A stretch of 38,003 bases of DNA from Macrostomum lignano (taxonomy: Eukaryota). A program made the position numbers and the translations under genes. Location of the stretch: positions 1 through 38,003 of the forward strand of contig NIVC01002025.1 of the NCBI GenBank assembly GCA_002269645.1, written 5' to 3'. Numbering within the stretch: position 1 is the first letter of the stretch; every line of letters starts with the position of its first letter. This document shows, piece after piece, positions 34,310 through 38,003 of the stretch. Below the pieces are notes generated by a model that did no database searches, was not told the DNA's origin, and saw only the letters and a list, made by a program, of their open reading frames with translations.

Positions 34310-35745
34310 GCAGATGATTAGGCCTCTATTGCTTCTTTACAGTCTTGAGCAGACATTTCTCAGCCACTGATGCCCAGGCTTTGGCTTCCTTTTCTTTGCA
34401 GGTGTAGAACTAATTTAGCTAATTTAATTAACGCAAAAAAATTTGCTGCGCAGTTTGCATTAGAAATTGTCCGAAATTTGGGCTCCCTGTGCAAAGATTT
34501 TCACAGCCAGGAGAGGGACTCATTGTTCACTTAAGCTCCACTGGTTCCTCGCCTGAGGAAGTCTGGCTGTTGCGGCTAGGTATGCGAGAGGCGAGAGTGA
34601 TCTCTCAGCTCCTGGTCCTGATTATCTTCACTTTGCTGTTGAATTGTGTTCAAGACCTGCTTTTTTATCCTCTTCACTTCTCTGCAGAAGAAAACAACTT
34701 GCTTGGCTTCCACAGTGATTGCCTAATGCAAGCTGCGACCGACTGCCACCTTGCCCACCCCTGCCGCCCCGAGGCCACATGGGGTTCGTTCAGCAAGGGG
34801 GGCTGCCCGCGACCACCCAGTTAGTGAGGTCTTGGTTGGCTGCTGGCTGATTGAACAGTAGGCCAGACGGCCTTCCCTGGGCCGTCTCTCCTATCGGTTC
34901 TGTCTCTCTCTCTCTCTGCGGCTCTCACTCACTCTGCGCCGTTCCCGTGCAGTGAGTCACACAGTCGGAGCCGCTCCGCTCACGCGCGCGTAGCCCCCTT
35001 CTCTTCCCGCCTTCCTATCTCGGCCCCTACAAGACCTGCGTAAGTTAAGTCGTCCTTTGTCTGTGTTGTGTATCTCGTGAGCACGTTCATTAGCAGACAC
35101 AGACAGCTATGAGCGGTCTGGGCGCGTTATTGGAGGATCTTACAGACAGAAAAAGAAGGAAGTGAGGTCTAGGACTCTAGACTGTAGAACACCCCCAGCA
35201 CCCAGGACCCATGGACGAGAGAATGTAGAAAGCGATGAAGACGATTTTTTTCAACTCTGCCCAGCTCCAGTCTTCTCTGCCTCCAGTGAGTACAGTTGGA
35301 GAAAGGCGGGTTGGGTGAGGGCGGAGGGCGAGCAGAGCAGATGGGGTATTCGGAGAGTGGGTGTGGGTCGCGATATTGCGTAACCGAGCAGCTGCCAGAT
35401 AGGCCGGGTCGCTACGGGCTGCGAGACCCGCGAACCCTATGCCAACAGTACCTACCATATTTGCAATGCATTCGAAACCCTGAACGAAAATGGATCGAGA
35501 TGGCTGTCTATTCTCTGCCCCTTGACATTTCCAGAGAAACTGTACAGCCAATATTGACTGCCGTGGGGAGGGAGAGGCAGAGAGGCTGTGTTGACAGTGA
35601 CAGATGAGGCTCGACGAACGAAAAAAATGAATTTCAGGCTGCGCAGCCTGACGTCGACGCGGGTGACGCAAACCTTGAATGCGGATTTCTGTGCACCCTA
35701 GTGAAAACTGCTTTAGCAAAGTTTGTCAGTAGCTGATTTCAGTCC

Positions 35746-36925
35746 GCCCAAAATGAGTGTCTGTCTGCGGCGCCAAAATGAGTGTCTGCATGTATATGGC
35801 GCCAAAATGAGTGTCTGTATATGGCGCCAAAATGAGGTCTGTATATGGCGCCAAAATGAGGTCTGTATATGGCGCCAAAATGAGTGTCTGTCTGGCGCCA
35901 AACTGAGTGTGTGGCGCCAAAAATGAGTGTGTGGCGCCAAAATGAGTTCCTGTGGCGCCAAAATGAGTTCCTGTGGCGCCAAAATGAGTTCCTGTGGCGC
36001 CAAAATGAGTTCCTGTGGCGCCAAAATGAGTTCCTGTAGCGCCAAAATGAGTTACTGTGGCGCCAAAATGAGTTCCTGTGGCGCCAAAATGAGTTCCTGT
36101 GGCGCCAAAATGAGTTCCTGTGGCGCCAAAATGAGTTCCTGTGGCGCCAAAATGAGTTCCTGTGGCGCTAAAATGAGTTACTGGGCCAAAATGAGTTTGT
36201 GGCGCCAAAATGAGTTCTGTGGCGCCAAAATGAGTTCCTGTGGCGCCAAAATGAGTTCCTGTGGCGCCAAAATGAGTTACTGCGGCGCCTAAAATGAGTT
36301 CATGAGTGTTGCGCCAAAATGAGTTCCTGCAGCGCCAAAATGAGTTACTGTGGCGCCTAAATGAGTTTTTGTGGCGCCAAAATGAGTTCAGGTGGCGCCA
36401 AAACGGGTTCCTGTGGCGCCAAAATGAGTTCCTGCGACGCCAAAATGAGTTTTGTGGCGCCAAAATGAGTTCAGGTGGCGCCAAATAAGTTCCTGTGGCG
36501 CCAAAATGAGTTCAGGTGGCGCCAAAATGAGTTTTGTGGCGCCAAAATGAGTTCCTGTGGCGCCAAAATGAGTTCCTGGCGCCAAAATGAGTTTTTGTGG
36601 CGCCAAAATGAGTTCTGTGGCGCCAAAATGAGTTCCTGTGGCGCCAAAATGAGTTTTTGTGGCGCCAAAATGAGTTCAGGTGGCGCCAAAACGAGTTCTG
36701 TGGCGCCAAAATGAGTTTCTGTGGCGCCAAAATAAGTTCCTGTGGCACCAAAATGAGTTCCTGTGGCGCTAAATGAGTTCCTGCGGCGCCAAAATGAGTT
36801 CCTGTGGCGCCAAAATGAGTTCCTGTGGCGCCAAAATGAGTTCCTGCGGCGCCAAAATGAGTTCCTGTGGCGCCAAAATGAGTTCCTGCGGCGCCAAAAT
36901 GAGTTCCTGTGGCACCAAAATGAGC
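35746..36925 (+). repeat. 21-bp satellite GGCGCCAAAATGAGTTCCTGT (about 55 copies), with 20-31 bp variants at the left end
   Basis: Read directly; explains all ORFs between 35713 and 36964. Confidence 0.96.
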
Positions 36926-36949
36926 TCTAACAGCACCGATTCCCCAGAT

Positions 36950-37023
36950 AATGTAGGAATTTAGTCATGTAGAATTCTCGGCTTTGTTCTCCCTCCACCA
37001 TAAAATCCATGACGACGTCCCTG
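36950..37023 (-). mobile_element. Terminus of a MITE of the 13303-13684 family
   Basis: rc reads cagggacgtcgtcatggattttatggtggagggagaacaaagccgagaattctacatgactaaatt versus 13303 cagggacgtcgccatggattctatggttgaagg...gaagccaagaattc...tacatgactagatt. Confidence 0.8.
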
Positions 37024-37677
37024 ACAGCTATGGATGCATATAGAGAGAAGACCCGGGATAAACTGTTGTGTGAATTTATTGGGCATGAATTATGAAATCA
37101 GGAATGGTACAAGATTTAATGCAGGATTTGGTGATGAGTCAGACTGAGAGAAGGCATCGTGAGAGGCAGGGAAACTCCTGGAGCAGAGATATGACAGCCA
37201 AGCACTTGAACGAAGGGCTGCATTTCCTGCAGCGAGATCCAGCTAGCGATGACAGTTGCATTATGTTAGCCAGTCTGGTGCTTCATTCAGTTCAATAATA
37301 GCTATAGGCTCCTCTGCCATTGCTTAGACTGACATGTCGTTGTCAAACACGAAAATGGGTTGCGTTTTTTGTGCCTGGGCAGGCAGTTCTGGCATGCGGT
37401 GGGTTGCGTAATTCTGAAGCAGTTAGTGGCTCTGCCAATTTTAAGTGAACTGGAAGAGGGACAGTGCAATTATTCTGCATGACTACTTTGCAAACAATTG
37501 TGGATTAACCATGTGCAGTATGGACGTGTTAACTTGGAGACTCACTCAGGCAGCTCCCACTGGCATTGAAAAGAGTTTATTGCCTGACGGCAATAGGCCA
37601 GACATCCAGGGGGAGATCGAATGGGGGTCAGATGTCCTCCTAGTAAAAATGGGGGGTCATCTTCTGAGGAGTCATGT

Positions 37678-38003
37678 TGGCGCTAAAATCTCTTCTGAGG
37701 AGCTAGGCTGGCGCTAAAATCTATTCTGAGGAGCTAGGCTGTCGCTAAAATCTCTTCTGAGGAGCTAGGCTGTCGCTAAAATCTCTTCTGAGGAGCTAGG
37801 CTGGCGCTAAAATCTCTTCTGAGGAACTAGGCTGGCGCTAAAATCTCTTCTGAGGAACTAGGCCGGCGCTAAAACCCCTTCTGAGGAACTAGGCCGGCGC
37901 TAAAACCCCTTCTGAGGAGTTAGGCCGGCGCTAAAATCTCTTCTGAGGAGCTAGGTTGGCGCTAAAATCTCCTCTGAGGAGCTATAGGTTCGGCGCTATT
38001 ATC
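37678..38003 (+). repeat. 31-bp minisatellite GGCGCTAAAATCTCTTCTGAGGAGCTAGGCT, about 10 copies, reaching the window edge
   Basis: Read directly. Confidence 0.95.

Noticed and set aside
31422-34370. Plus-strand ORFs overlapping the Turtle-like gene
   Set aside because: Expected antisense ORFs of a GC-rich CDS; no domains or coherent gene structure.
35713-36964. GATGTHF / CGAKMSS repeat ORFs
   Set aside because: Translations of the 21-bp satellite (7-aa period), with frame breaks wherever unit length varies.

Overview
Eukaryotic (metazoan) nuclear DNA with AT-rich, repeat-dense intergenic sequence and GC-rich genes. The style (ACAG intronic microsatellites, GC-rich exons, many 21-31 bp minisatellites) suggests a flatworm such as Macrostomum, but that is inference only. 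Host genes: a 4-exon CFAP95/C9orf135-like ciliary gene (+, 20328-21778); an intronless 5-Ig/2-FN3/TM Turtle/IGSF9-like gene (-, 31337-34309); and a two-TM, HQQ-repeat membrane-protein gene (-) whose coding exon is split by a retrotransposon. Mobile DNA: an intact, near-full-length RTE-type non-LTR retrotransposon (25763-29844, 14-bp TSD, (GAA)6 tail); a decayed Sola2-like DDD transposase with a C-terminal PHD finger (13855-16008); two MITE families; and at least eight tandem arrays. The most striking object is the RTE element. It combines a 5' HDV-like ribozyme fold lacking its P1 5' strand, a 2A-like (TIEKNPGP) motif near the ORF start, APE and RT domains, and four C-terminal zinc fingers, and it sits inside a host CDS that can be rebuilt exactly. 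A second notable point is that the 1.2-kb 21-bp satellite at 35.7-36.9 kb appears to be an expanded internal repeat of the MITE family seen unexpanded at 13.3-13.7 kb. Most long ORFs in the supplied track over repeats are artefacts.
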